Source: a virus. From it: 34,597 nt of DNA. The stretch covers positions 1 to 34,597 of IMG/VR virus record IMGVR_UViG_3300029540_000017; one strand, written 5' to 3'. The position numbers and the translations under genes were made by a program. Under the pieces are notes generated by a model, which did no database searches, was not told where the DNA came from, and was given only the letters and a program-made list of their open reading frames with translations. Of this stretch, positions 14,393 to 22,908 are shown one piece after another. The number at the start of each line of letters is the position of its first letter. Position 1 is the stretch's first letter.

Positions 14393-15154
14393 ATGGCAAC
14401 GAAGAGAGTAACACACACCTTCCGGAAAGGAGACATCCTGGAGGTGAAGGAATACCATGATGGCAGGTATGGAGCAAGAGGGCTACCAAGAGAAAAGAAG
14501 AGAAAGCCGACACCGGAGCAGATGGCAGTGGTGAATGCTATGAATAAGGCAGAGACAGCCAGACACAGATTGTTAGAGTATTTTGACAAGGGAGATTATT
14601 TCTTAACATTAACGTACAAGGTAGAAGAGAGACCTCCGGACATGGCACAGGTGAAGAAAGATTTCACGAAGCTGATCAGCAAGCTAAGAGCAAGATACAA
14701 GAAAGAACAGATAGAGCTACGCTGGATCCGGAATATCGAGAAAGGAACGAAGGGCGCATGGCATGTGCATCTCATTCTGACCGGATGCAGGGATACGATC
14801 AGATGGGTAGAAGAATGTTGGCCACACGGTGGAATCTATGCGGAGCAATTGGAAAAGAGCAAATACTACGAAGAGGATTTCTCGCAGCTTGCATCCTACA
14901 TCACCAAAAACGAGAAAGTGGGAGAAAAGAGGGAAGACGGAAAGAGGGACAAGCCAAGGCTCAGTGAATCCAGTTACAGTACTTCGCGGAACATGCCACT
15001 GAAACCACCAAAGAAGAAAAAACTGGCAAGATGGCCAAAAGAGATCAAACAGAAGAACGGCTATTACATTGCCAAGAGCTATGAAGGAATCAATCCGGCC
15101 ACTGGGTTCAAGTACCGTAGATACACATTGATCCGGTTGAACAGGAGGATTTGA
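14393..15154 (+). CDS. HUH-superfamily rolling-circle replication initiator-like protein
   Basis: Three ordered motifs are present: FLTLTY (aa 70-75), WHVHLIL (HUH, aa 123-129) and SYITK (Y-x-x-K, aa 168-172). Their spacing is typical of Rep proteins. Confidence 0.65.
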   Translation: MATKRVTHTFRKGDILEVKEYHDGRYGARGLPREKKRKPTPEQMAVVNAMNKAETARHRLLEYFDKGDYFLTLTYKVEERPPDMAQVKKDFTKLISKLRARYKKEQIELRWIRNIEKGTKGAWHVHLILTGCRDTIRWVEECWPHGGIYAEQLEKSKYYEEDFSQLASYITKNEKVGEKREDGKRDKPRLSESSYSTSRNMPLKPPKKKKLARWPKEIKQKNGYYIAKSYEGINPATGFKYRRYTLIRLNRRI

Positions 15155-15158
15155 AGAC

Positions 15159-15596
15159 ATGAAGACAGTGAAAGTCTACATAGAGACAACCGTCACAGGA
15201 CCATTTGTCCGGGATGGGAAATATGGTGCAGCCTGAGTATTTATTAAGCAAAACGGAGAAGTGAAGGACCTGTTCGTACAGGGCGAAGAAACAGAGACAA
15301 CACATAACCGCAGTGTACTATTAGCCATGATCCGGGCAATGCAGAGATTCACAGAGCCATGCCATATCATATTCTACACAAGGAATACATTTATCCGTGA
15401 CATGGTTCAGGCAGACAACCCAGAGAAGTGGAGACGTGCAGAGTGGAGAAAGTCGGATGGAAAAGACATACAGAACAAGGAACTGTGGCAGTTGTTCCTG
15501 GAAGAGAGTAAAGAACACGAGATAGAGATCGTATACGAAAACAACAGTGAGTATAAAAGGACGCTTGAAGCGTACTTACAAGGAGAAGAGGTATAA
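15159..15596 (+). CDS. RNase H-like fold protein interrupted by an in-frame TGA at 15234-15236 (readthrough/recoding candidate or pseudogene)
   Basis: AGGAGG lies 10 nt upstream of the ATG at 15159. After 25 codons and a TGA, the same frame continues with ETETTHNRSVLLAMIRAMQRFTEPCHIIFYTRNTFIRD...NKELWQ, which is collinear with RNase HI. The downstream part has no credible start of its own. Confidence 0.55.
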
Positions 15597-15598
15597 AG

Positions 15599-16087
15599 AT
15601 GTTTGAGAAGTTTGGAGAATTTGATTCTTACGAGGAAATCAACCGTGCAGCCAAAGCACAGTTGGAAGAGGGGGACTTAGAAGCAATCAAGACAATCGCA
15701 GAGGAGAACGGACTGGATCAGGAAGACGCAGAGGACTTTTGCACCGGTGCAATCGAGGAGCTGACAACACCGAGACTTGCAGCTATAGGAAAACTGGAAC
15801 TGGAAGCGAAAGATCTGAGTCTGACAGGAGCATTGAGAGATTGGACGGATTTTATCGAGCAGTTATGTTTAGAGTCCAAAGAGATGGCTCTTGCAGTCAG
15901 AAGAAAAGGAAAGTCATTGAAAGACTGTATGGCTATGATCTTGAAGACTGCATTTAATGCCAAAGCACGGTTGGACGACAGGATCACAAAGGCAGCAGGA
16001 TTGACACCACCGTTGTACATAAGCATACCGGAAAAGGCACAGATCAAAGAGATCGTGAGGGAATATTACCTGGGTGAGAAGAAATGA
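15599..16087 (+). CDS. PcfK-like acidic protein (family that includes Cas9 inhibitor AcrIIA9, by recollection)
   Basis: It encodes 162 aa. The N-terminus MFEKFGEFDSYEEINRAAKAQLEEGDLEAIKTIAEENGLDQEDAEDF...ELTTPRLAAIGKL and the C-terminal YYLG match my memory of this family. Confidence 0.5.
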   Translation: MFEKFGEFDSYEEINRAAKAQLEEGDLEAIKTIAEENGLDQEDAEDFCTGAIEELTTPRLAAIGKLELEAKDLSLTGALRDWTDFIEQLCLESKEMALAVRRKGKSLKDCMAMILKTAFNAKARLDDRITKAAGLTPPLYISIPEKAQIKEIVREYYLGEKK

Positions 16088-16668
16088 GAGTATACAAAGG
16101 GTTCAATAAAAAAATTCAAGCAAAACACGGAAAAGGGACATTCCAGTACGAGAAAGGGAAGACCTACAAAGAAGAGAAAAGCAAAACAAGATCCACTGGA
16201 TTCCATGCGGCGGAGTATATCCTGGATTGCCTGCAGTGGTATCCGATCGATGGAAAGAACAAATTCTTCCTGTGCGAAGCTGGCGGAAGTATAGACGAAG
16301 AGGATGGATGCTCGATGGTCGTATCTACAGAGCTGACATTATTAAGAGAACTGACACTTATGGAGATTGCAATGGCGGCAATGGAATATATGATCATACA
16401 TCCAAAGAGGGCATGGGAGAAAAGAGAAAGAGGTGCATACGCAGAAAAAGAGAAGTCAAAAGCAATCGGAGAGACAAGGATAGCAATCGCAAGAGGAAAA
16501 CATCCGGAAGTGAAAGGCGAATACGGAACCGTGATCGGACTGATCGTAGAGGACGAGAAAGGCAAGCCAGTGGCAGCAGGCGTGAGGAATGTTGACGGAA
16601 TACAAGCGAAAGCGCATCAGATCTATTCCATGACAGAAGAAAGAGAATGGGTGGAGGTGCAGAAATGA
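16084..16668 (+). CDS. Hypothetical phage protein with conserved N-terminal YKGF...GFHA domain (DUF7666-like by recollection)
   Basis: Its start overlaps the upstream stop as ATGA. The N-terminus is MRVYKGFNKK...FQYEKGKTYKEE...TGFHAAEYILDCLQWY. Confidence 0.45.
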   Translation: MRVYKGFNKKIQAKHGKGTFQYEKGKTYKEEKSKTRSTGFHAAEYILDCLQWYPIDGKNKFFLCEAGGSIDEEDGCSMVVSTELTLLRELTLMEIAMAAMEYMIIHPKRAWEKRERGAYAEKEKSKAIGETRIAIARGKHPEVKGEYGTVIGLIVEDEKGKPVAAGVRNVDGIQAKAHQIYSMTEEREWVEVQK

Positions 16669-18815
16669 AACGAAAAGCGATTGAACGCATCAAACCGAAG
16701 AAACCGGCAGGAAAAGGACTCACAGCCACGCTACAGGAGTTGGGGGAAATCCTGATCCTAAATATCTATCAGGCGAAGGAACTGCTGGTACGGTACTGTA
16801 TCAACTGTGAGACAGGGGAACATGAGTACTGGAAAGAACAACATGGGTGGAGAAAAGGTGGCATCCTGAATGCACTGAACAAGGACTGGCGAGACTGGGA
16901 ATGGAGAACATATGACGACTATCCGAAACTGCAGGAGAAAGACGCAAACAGGATCAAAGAATTGATTAGACACAGAGCGTGGAACAACAGCCCGTGGGAG
17001 AGAATCAACGGATTGGAACATAGCTATAACAGAGAGATCAGGGAAAGATGTGAAACAAACCGGGAAATAAAACTCATGAACCTGATGAGAAAAGTTCCAG
17101 GTCGTCCGAAGAATCTAAGAGAATGGTTCTTTGAACAGGCAGCAGGAGAGGATTACATGTTCCGGAACAGGGAAACGAAAGAATTTGCCTGTACGAACTG
17201 CGGGGAATCCAGCTGGCCGGAAGAAATCAAGCGACAGGACGGAGAAAAGAAGATCCGGCACAATGACATGGTATTCTGTCCCGCCTGTGGAAAACTAGTG
17301 CAGGCAAAGACAAGAACAGACCATATCGAACAGAAATGGAAGAGCTGCTATCTCATCCAGCCGGTAGATGAAGATACAAGCGTGCTTCGGATCATAGAAG
17401 CAAAGGTCGGGTGGGACAATGGAAGACATTATGTCGAGTTTGGAGATGAAATCAGAATCCTGCTGTACAAGGTCTACTCCAACAGAAAATTGAAGAAGAC
17501 ATACATGATCTATTATGAGGACTCCTGGGATGGATGGACAAAAGGAAACCGGAAAAACCTAAGAGCAAGAGAAGGATACTTGTATCCGGAAGAATTTGGC
17601 CAGATATTAGACGGAACCACTTACAGCGAAGCAACAAGAGTCCTGGAGCATTTATCGAAGACGGGAATGGAACTGAACTACAACAGACTTGTGGCAGGGA
17701 CAGGACAGATGAAAGGATATGCACAGAAGATCGAGTACCTGGCAAAAGGACGCTTTTGGAATCTGCTGAGAGATACGATCGGCTGTACAGACTATCCGGG
17801 ATATCCGACACAATACTATGGACCACTGGACATGAGAGAGGAAAGCATTGAGGGAATGTTCAGAATCCAAGACCGTCAGAAGATCAACAGGATCCGTGAC
17901 GAACATGGCGGGAACAGAATGGTACGCTGGATGCAGTATTCGGACGAGACAGGGCAGAAGATCTCGAAAGAGACGGTGCAGTGGATGATAAAAAATGAGA
18001 TAGAACCAAGTGGCATCCGGGGACTGGAAAAATATATGAGTCCACAGAAGATCATGAACTACATCGAAAGACAGAAAAAGGAACAATATGCAGGAATGAC
18101 GGCAGAAGCTGTTCTTGAAGAATATAAAGACTATCTCAGTATGTGTGAAGCGTGTTGCAAAAATATGGCTGACGAGATGGTCTATCGTCCAAGAGAACTA
18201 AAACGCAGGCATGATGAAGTTGTTGTAGACCGGCAGCAGATACAGATCTTGAAAGAACTGGAAAACAATGCAGAGGGAAAAGAAGCCTACGCACAGGAAA
18301 TGCGGCAGAAGTTTCCGGAAGCAGAAGGGATCCTGAAAGAGATCAAGAGCCGATATGAGTACGAAGATGAAGAGTATGAGATCATTGTACCGAACACGTT
18401 AGTGGATATCGTGAAAGAAGGACGTGCGCTGCATCATTGTGCCGGCAGCAGTGAACGATATTTTGACAGGATCGAGAGCAGAGAGACATATATCTGTTTC
18501 CTACGGAGGAGGGAAGCACCGGGAATCCCATTCTACACGATTGAAGTAGAGCCGGGAGGCACAATCAGACAGCACAGAAGCTATTATGACGAAGAGCCGG
18601 GAATCGAGGAAATCCGGGTATTCCTGAAAAGCTGGCAGAAGGCAATCAGAAAACGTTTGACAGAGGAAGACAAGAAGTTGGCCAAGATCAGCAAGATCAA
18701 GAGAGAAGCCAATATTGCAGAGCTGGAAGAGAAAAAGAATATAAGAGTCCTTCAGGGATTAGCGGAAGATTTCCTTGAAGCAGAAGAGATAGAAAAAGAA
18801 CTGGAGGCGGTTTGA
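16665..18815 (+). CDS. PcfJ-like protein with an internal zinc ribbon
   Basis: The ATG at 16665 follows GGAGGTG and overlaps the upstream stop as ATGA. It has CTNCG...CPACG, and the C-terminal motif ALHHCAGSSERYFDRIESRETYICFLRRREAPGIPFYTIEV resembles the PcfJ domain. Confidence 0.55.
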   Translation: MKRKAIERIKPKKPAGKGLTATLQELGEILILNIYQAKELLVRYCINCETGEHEYWKEQHGWRKGGILNALNKDWRDWEWRTYDDYPKLQEKDANRIKELIRHRAWNNSPWERINGLEHSYNREIRERCETNREIKLMNLMRKVPGRPKNLREWFFEQAAGEDYMFRNRETKEFACTNCGESSWPEEIKRQDGEKKIRHNDMVFCPACGKLVQAKTRTDHIEQKWKSCYLIQPVDEDTSVLRIIEAKVGWDNGRHYVEFGDEIRILLYKVYSNRKLKKTYMIYYEDSWDGWTKGNRKNLRAREGYLYPEEFGQILDGTTYSEATRVLEHLSKTGMELNYNRLVAGTGQMKGYAQKIEYLAKGRFWNLLRDTIGCTDYPGYPTQYYGPLDMREESIEGMFRIQDRQKINRIRDEHGGNRMVRWMQYSDETGQKISKETVQWMIKNEIEPSGIRGLEKYMSPQKIMNYIERQKKEQYAGMTAEAVLEEYKDYLSMCEACCKNMADEMVYRPRELKRRHDEVVVDRQQIQILKELENNAEGKEAYAQEMRQKFPEAEGILKEIKSRYEYEDEEYEIIVPNTLVDIVKEGRALHHCAGSSERYFDRIESRETYICFLRRREAPGIPFYTIEVEPGGTIRQHRSYYDEEPGIEEIRVFLKSWQKAIRKRLTEEDKKLAKISKIKREANIAELEEKKNIRVLQGLAEDFLEAEEIEKELEAV

Positions 18816-20158
18816 TGGAATTAGTACAGTACCAGGATTATGAGGAATACAAAAAGGCAATGAATACCGTTCTGAACAGAACAGTGGAAGATTTTGTTAT
18901 GACAGGATATTTGCTGAAACAGGGAAGAGATACGGATATCTTAAAGAATTCCGGATACAACAGTGTAAACGAATTCGCCTGGGCGGAATACAAGCTTGAA
19001 GCTACACAGGTATCAAGATATATCAGAATCAATGACAGATTCTCGGAGGGCGGTTACTCTCCGAGACTGCAGGAGCATTACAAAGGATTTGGCTATGCGA
19101 AGCTGGCACTGATGCTGACGCTTCCGGAAAGCGTAGCAGAAGAGCTGACACCGGCATACAGCAAGTCAGAGATCCAGGCGGTCAAAGAAGAGATAGAAAG
19201 CGAAGAGAAGATCACAGATATCGAAGTCATTTTGGAAGGCGAGAAAGAAGAACAGAAAGAACTCGACAATTTGGAAAAGGCAATCCATCAGATCTGCATG
19301 GATGAACCGGAACTGTATCTAAAACTGCATGAGACAGTCAGAACAAGCATAGGAACAGGACGGATCAAAGAGGTGTTAGCACCGGACGGGGACAAACTTT
19401 ACAGCGTAAGACCACAAGGCTGCGGAAGAATTATGCTCTATCTAAACGATGAGAAAGATGAGGTCATACTGCAGGTTGTAAGACAAGGATTGAAAGAGAA
19501 ATACGCTTGGGAGAATATTTTAAGCTATCTCGTCCTGATCACAGAAGAGGAAGACGCAAAACAGAACTGGGAGGAACTTTACGGACAGAAATATCCGGAA
19601 AAAGAACAGATTGCACCAGTGCAACCGAAGAAAGAGAAGAGAAAAGAGTCGAAGGTAGTAAAGGCGAAGCCGCCAAAACCAAAAAAACCGGAGAAACAGG
19701 AGACGGAGAAACCACTAGAGCTTCCAAACGACATTCCGGGACAGACAGAGATTGAGAAAGATTTTCCGGAAATGCTTCCGGAAGCAGGGGGAACACCGGA
19801 AATACGGAGCGATTTTATCAGAGCGGGACAGCACGAAGAGGAAAATTGCACCAGTGCAATGCCGGAACCTGTGGAGATTGTGGAAAAACCTGTGGATAAT
19901 TCAGAGCAGATGGAAGAAAATGCGAGAAACACAGAAGCGGGAGCCAATTCAGAACCGGTGGATAAGTCCGAAGAAGAACAGAATCCGGCCGGCAGCAGAT
20001 GGGAATACATGAAGACAATGGAACCATACAAGATGGCGCTGTACATGGCAGCATCCGTGAAAGAGATGCCTCACATGATGTTGAACTCAGCAGAGTATTG
20101 GAAGAAATGGTTAGAAGCAGAGGTGGATGAAAATGGAGAGGAACTCAGTAAGAAATAA
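18815..20158 (+). CDS. Hypothetical DNA-binding-like protein with an acidic, Lys/Pro/Glu-rich low-complexity tail
   Basis: It has a TGATG overlap with the upstream gene and a GGAGG SD. The N-terminal region NEFAWAEYKLEATQVSRYIRINDRFSEGGYS looks like an HTH. The tail contains KPPKPKKPEKQETEKP. Confidence 0.5.
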   Translation: MELVQYQDYEEYKKAMNTVLNRTVEDFVMTGYLLKQGRDTDILKNSGYNSVNEFAWAEYKLEATQVSRYIRINDRFSEGGYSPRLQEHYKGFGYAKLALMLTLPESVAEELTPAYSKSEIQAVKEEIESEEKITDIEVILEGEKEEQKELDNLEKAIHQICMDEPELYLKLHETVRTSIGTGRIKEVLAPDGDKLYSVRPQGCGRIMLYLNDEKDEVILQVVRQGLKEKYAWENILSYLVLITEEEDAKQNWEELYGQKYPEKEQIAPVQPKKEKRKESKVVKAKPPKPKKPEKQETEKPLELPNDIPGQTEIEKDFPEMLPEAGGTPEIRSDFIRAGQHEEENCTSAMPEPVEIVEKPVDNSEQMEENARNTEAGANSEPVDKSEEEQNPAGSRWEYMKTMEPYKMALYMAASVKEMPHMMLNSAEYWKKWLEAEVDENGEELSKK

Positions 20159-20170
20159 GGCGATTACATT

Positions 20171-20536
20171 ATGAGTATCGATTATTCAGACATGGCATTT
20201 CCAAAATTAGTCAGTAAGAAAAAAAGAAAATCACATAAAAAGAGTATCCTCAAGAGTAGAAAGGGAGTCTGCTATCTCTGTTTGATACTCTATGACGATC
20301 CTTCCAAGAAGTACACAGAGGAACATCATATCATGTTCGGATCCGGACAGCGCGAACTATCTGAGGCAGATGGACTAAAGGTAGATCTGTGTCGGAATCA
20401 TCACAAAGAAGGACCAGAAGCAGTCCACAATAACCGAGAAATGCGGGAACTACTCTGCAGAATAGCACAGACAGAATATGAGCAGACACATACGAGAGAA
20501 GAGTGGATGGCGAGATATAAGAAAAATTATTTATAG
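20171..20536 (+). CDS. Cys/His-rich putative nuclease (HNH/NinG-like; family uncertain)
   Basis: It encodes 121 aa with CYLC...EEHHIMFG...LCRNHHKEGPEAVHNN. Confidence 0.45.
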   Translation: MSIDYSDMAFPKLVSKKKRKSHKKSILKSRKGVCYLCLILYDDPSKKYTEEHHIMFGSGQRELSEADGLKVDLCRNHHKEGPEAVHNNREMRELLCRIAQTEYEQTHTREEWMARYKKNYL

Positions 20537-20642
20537 TTTACCTCCGCTGAATGGCGTGGAGATAAAAGTATGTCACAATACTGCAACATGATAACGAAGA
20601 CTTCCTCCCTGGATGCGGCAGGGAGGAGAAAGGAGCAGACAA

Positions 20643-20819
20643 GTGCCAAAAAGACTGAGACTAACAGCTTGGAAAAGCGAACTGGCTGAGATAAATGCAA
20701 AAGCAAGACAGGAAGGAATGAGTTATGGACAGTACGTGGGATTAATGTACTGCGAAGAAAGAGATGAAATGGAAAGAAGGAGAAGATATGACAGAAAGAG
20801 ACGCGAGAGATTTGGTTGA
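20643..20819 (+). CDS. Hypothetical small basic protein
   Basis: A GTG at 20643 lies 7 nt after AAAGGAG. It contains the motif ARQEGMSYGQYVG and overlaps the next gene by 32 nt. Confidence 0.4.
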   Translation: MPKRLRLTAWKSELAEINAKARQEGMSYGQYVGLMYCEERDEMERRRRYDRKRRERFG

Positions 20820-21321
20820 TTGGCTGGATCAGGCAGAAGCAGAAACAAAAGCAACAATTGCAGAACATGAAAGAATCGATCCTTTTTATGACGGAGTACT
20901 TTCAACAATCCAGACATTTCGCGAATATATCAAGAAAATACGTAAGGTGGATGAAGCGGAAGGAGAGAAACAGATGAAAGAGATTATGACAGATAGCAAG
21001 TTTGAGTATATCGAAGAAATTAAGCCGTTTTTCTGGTGGACAGGAAGCTTGAGCATAGAGCAGGCAATCACACACTTGACAAAACGGTACGATGAAGAGG
21101 AAGCACACAATCTGTTGGATGAAAAGTTAGAATTTGTATCTAACTACATGAGAAATAATCATGGAGCTGTCGAGCAGTACGGAATTTACCTTCTTCCGGA
21201 ATTCATGCTTGGATATGATGACATAGAGATTGTGGTTGTAGCGGCATCCGAAAACGAGAGGGCTACGGTGGTATTCTCGGATATTCCGGTAGTTAAGAGA
21301 GGTGAGAGAGATGAAAGATAA
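20788..21321 (+). CDS. Hypothetical protein
   Basis: The ATG at 20788 follows GAAGGAG. It encodes 177 aa. Confidence 0.55.
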   Translation: MTERDARDLVDWLDQAEAETKATIAEHERIDPFYDGVLSTIQTFREYIKKIRKVDEAEGEKQMKEIMTDSKFEYIEEIKPFFWWTGSLSIEQAITHLTKRYDEEEAHNLLDEKLEFVSNYMRNNHGAVEQYGIYLLPEFMLGYDDIEIVVVAASENERATVVFSDIPVVKRGERDER

Positions 21322-21958
21322 ATGTCCAATATGTAATTACGAGTTGAAAATGTGTCAGTGTTTATTTGCCGGAGACTGTCATCCAGACAGAACAAAAATC
21401 AGAGAGGTTGTACTTGACCACTTGTATCTTTTGACAGATGAGCAAATTAAACATATTCAGTATTTGGAAAAATATTGGAATATGTCGTATGATGACGAAG
21501 AAAAAGAAGAGATTAAATGCAAGTTGAAAAGGGTGGAAGAGGAGAATGTGCATGGAGCAGATCAAGGTAGGTGGAAAATGACAAGACAAGAGAAAGAGGA
21601 TCAAGCACAGCTTGAGTGGCTGTGGAAATGGAAAGAACGACGGAAGGAAAAAAGAAACGTGAGAAAAAAGCCACTGTTTTATAAGATTCTAAGGAAACTC
21701 GGAATCATAAAGGACTACGAGGAAGACATAAGAACAAGAATGGAGATGTGCGAAAGAGCAATAAAGGCAAATGTATGTCCTGAAGATTGCGACATTTGCG
21801 CATGGGACACGAAGGGAGGGATTGATTACAATGGTTATATTACGACCAGTAGGAACAATCGGAAACCGTCTGAAATATCTAAGAAAAATCAGAGGACTGA
21901 CAAGAGAAGAGGCAGCAGTCAAGTTAGACATGAAGGAGGAAAGACTACAAGATCTTGA
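21311..21958 (+). CDS. Hypothetical zinc-finger protein (CPICNYELKMCQC ... CPEDCDIC); its tail overlaps the next gene
   Basis: The ATG at 21311 follows GAGAGGTGAGAGAG. The last 43 or so codons are basic and low-complexity, and they overlap the 21831 gene. Confidence 0.5.
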   Translation: MKDKCPICNYELKMCQCLFAGDCHPDRTKIREVVLDHLYLLTDEQIKHIQYLEKYWNMSYDDEEKEEIKCKLKRVEEENVHGADQGRWKMTRQEKEDQAQLEWLWKWKERRKEKRNVRKKPLFYKILRKLGIIKDYEEDIRTRMEMCERAIKANVCPEDCDICAWDTKGGIDYNGYITTSRNNRKPSEISKKNQRTDKRRGSSQVRHEGGKTTRS

Positions 21959-22061
21959 AACAGGAAGGAAAGGGCTGACGCTAGGAGAAGCAATCAAATA
22001 TGCAGATACATATAATGTGTCCATAGATTATATAGCAGGGAGAAAGAAAGTTGAATATTGA
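21831..22061 (+). CDS. XRE-family HTH protein
   Basis: The ATG at 21831 follows GGGAGGG. The sequence IGNRLKYLRKIRGLTREEAAVKLDMKEERLQDLETGRKGLTLGEAIKYADTYNVSIDYI is a typical XRE HTH. Confidence 0.7.
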   Translation: MVILRPVGTIGNRLKYLRKIRGLTREEAAVKLDMKEERLQDLETGRKGLTLGEAIKYADTYNVSIDYIAGRKKVEY

Positions 22062-22248
22062 AGATGCAATCAGAATCATTAAGGGGTTGGATACATCCAA
22101 CAGTGAAGAAAACATCGAAGCAAAGAAAATGGCAGTTAAAGCATTAGAGAAGCAGAGACAAAAGAAGATTGAAGCATGGAACGGACAAGCATCGTGCCCA
22201 CGCTGCAAATTTTGCGGACAGGCTCTTGATTGGAGTGATGAACAGTGA
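22051..22248 (+). CDS. Hypothetical small protein with a C-terminal CPRC..C motif
   Basis: A TTG at 22051 follows GGGAGA. It encodes 65 aa. Confidence 0.45.
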   Translation: MNIEDAIRIIKGLDTSNSEENIEAKKMAVKALEKQRQKKIEAWNGQASCPRCKFCGQALDWSDEQ

Positions 22249-22514
22249 AAAGAAGTACAGACACACGCTGGAGTCCAGCAGAGATCCAGCAGAACCAAAA
22301 AGAACATTATGCTGATATGGCAGAACATCCACCTGATCGGAAGGCAAGCGAGAAGTTTCATCGACCAGCATACCAGGCAGGAAAGCTGATCAAAGCGCAG
22401 GGGCAGCAGTTGTGGCATGGAGATGTTACTGGATATATAGCCAGAAAATACAAGATAGGGAGTGATACCATTGGAGACAATGACGAAGGAAAGGCTGGAA
22501 GCATACCGGAATAA
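22245..22514 (+). CDS. Hypothetical protein
   Basis: It has a GTGA overlap start preceded by GGAGTGA. It encodes 89 aa. Confidence 0.45.
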   Translation: MKRSTDTRWSPAEIQQNQKEHYADMAEHPPDRKASEKFHRPAYQAGKLIKAQGQQLWHGDVTGYIARKYKIGSDTIGDNDEGKAGSIPE

Positions 22515-22908
22515 TAAGACAGAGATATTATCCTTGGACTATATTCTTAATAACAGGTGGCAATCAGAAACCATGTTGGGAAATGATGTGATCTTAGATT
22601 ACAGTAAGGGATATCCAATACCGCAGAGCATAGTTGGTTTTGACCAAGAAAAATATGAGCGGTTACAAGAACGTGATTTAAAGAGAAAAGAACGTCTGGA
22701 AAAGGAATGTGAAGAGGTAGAGCATTATGTTGAAGGAATCAAAGATGCGCAGCTACACAACATCTTCAGGATGTATTATATTGATGGTGTCAATGCAGTG
22801 AATCAGACAGAGGTAGCGAAGATGATTCATCTTGAGAGAAGTACGATAAGTAAGAAAATCGACAGATATCTTCAACTTTCACACAAATCACACGAATCAC
22901 ATATATAA
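22480..22908 (+). CDS. Late-gene transcriptional regulator candidate (sigma region-4-like; ArpU/DUF1492-type)
   Basis: The C-terminal segment IFRMYYIDGVNAVNQTEVAKMIHLERSTISKKIDRYL looks like sigma-70 region 4. It is the last early gene before the packaging module. The start is uncertain (ATG 22480 or GTG 22462). Confidence 0.55.
   Translation: MTKERLEAYRNNKTEILSLDYILNNRWQSETMLGNDVILDYSKGYPIPQSIVGFDQEKYERLQERDLKRKERLEKECEEVEHYVEGIKDAQLHNIFRMYYIDGVNAVNQTEVAKMIHLERSTISKKIDRYLQLSHKSHESHI

Noticed and set aside
15234-15236. Genome-wide TGA reassignment (code 4 or 25) as the explanation for the in-frame TGA
   Set aside because: TGA terminates many well-delimited genes here (TMP at 1338-1340, Dit at 2174-2176, Rep at 15152-15154, PcfJ-like at 18813-18815). 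Each is followed immediately by a coupled start codon.
16164-16729. Arg/Ser-rich alternative-frame ORFs (16227..16595 +, 16164..16565 -, 16394..16729 -)
   Set aside because: They are off-frame or antisense readings of GA-rich coding sequence in 16084..16668. They lack starts with an SD, and their composition is implausible.
19507-20054. Several overlapping ORFs on both strands (19507..19755, 19539..19796, 19579..20046, 19752..20012, 19818..20054)
   Set aside because: They lie in the purine-rich, low-complexity (Glu/Lys/Pro) coding tail of the 18815..20158 gene. Such repeats keep several frames open by chance.
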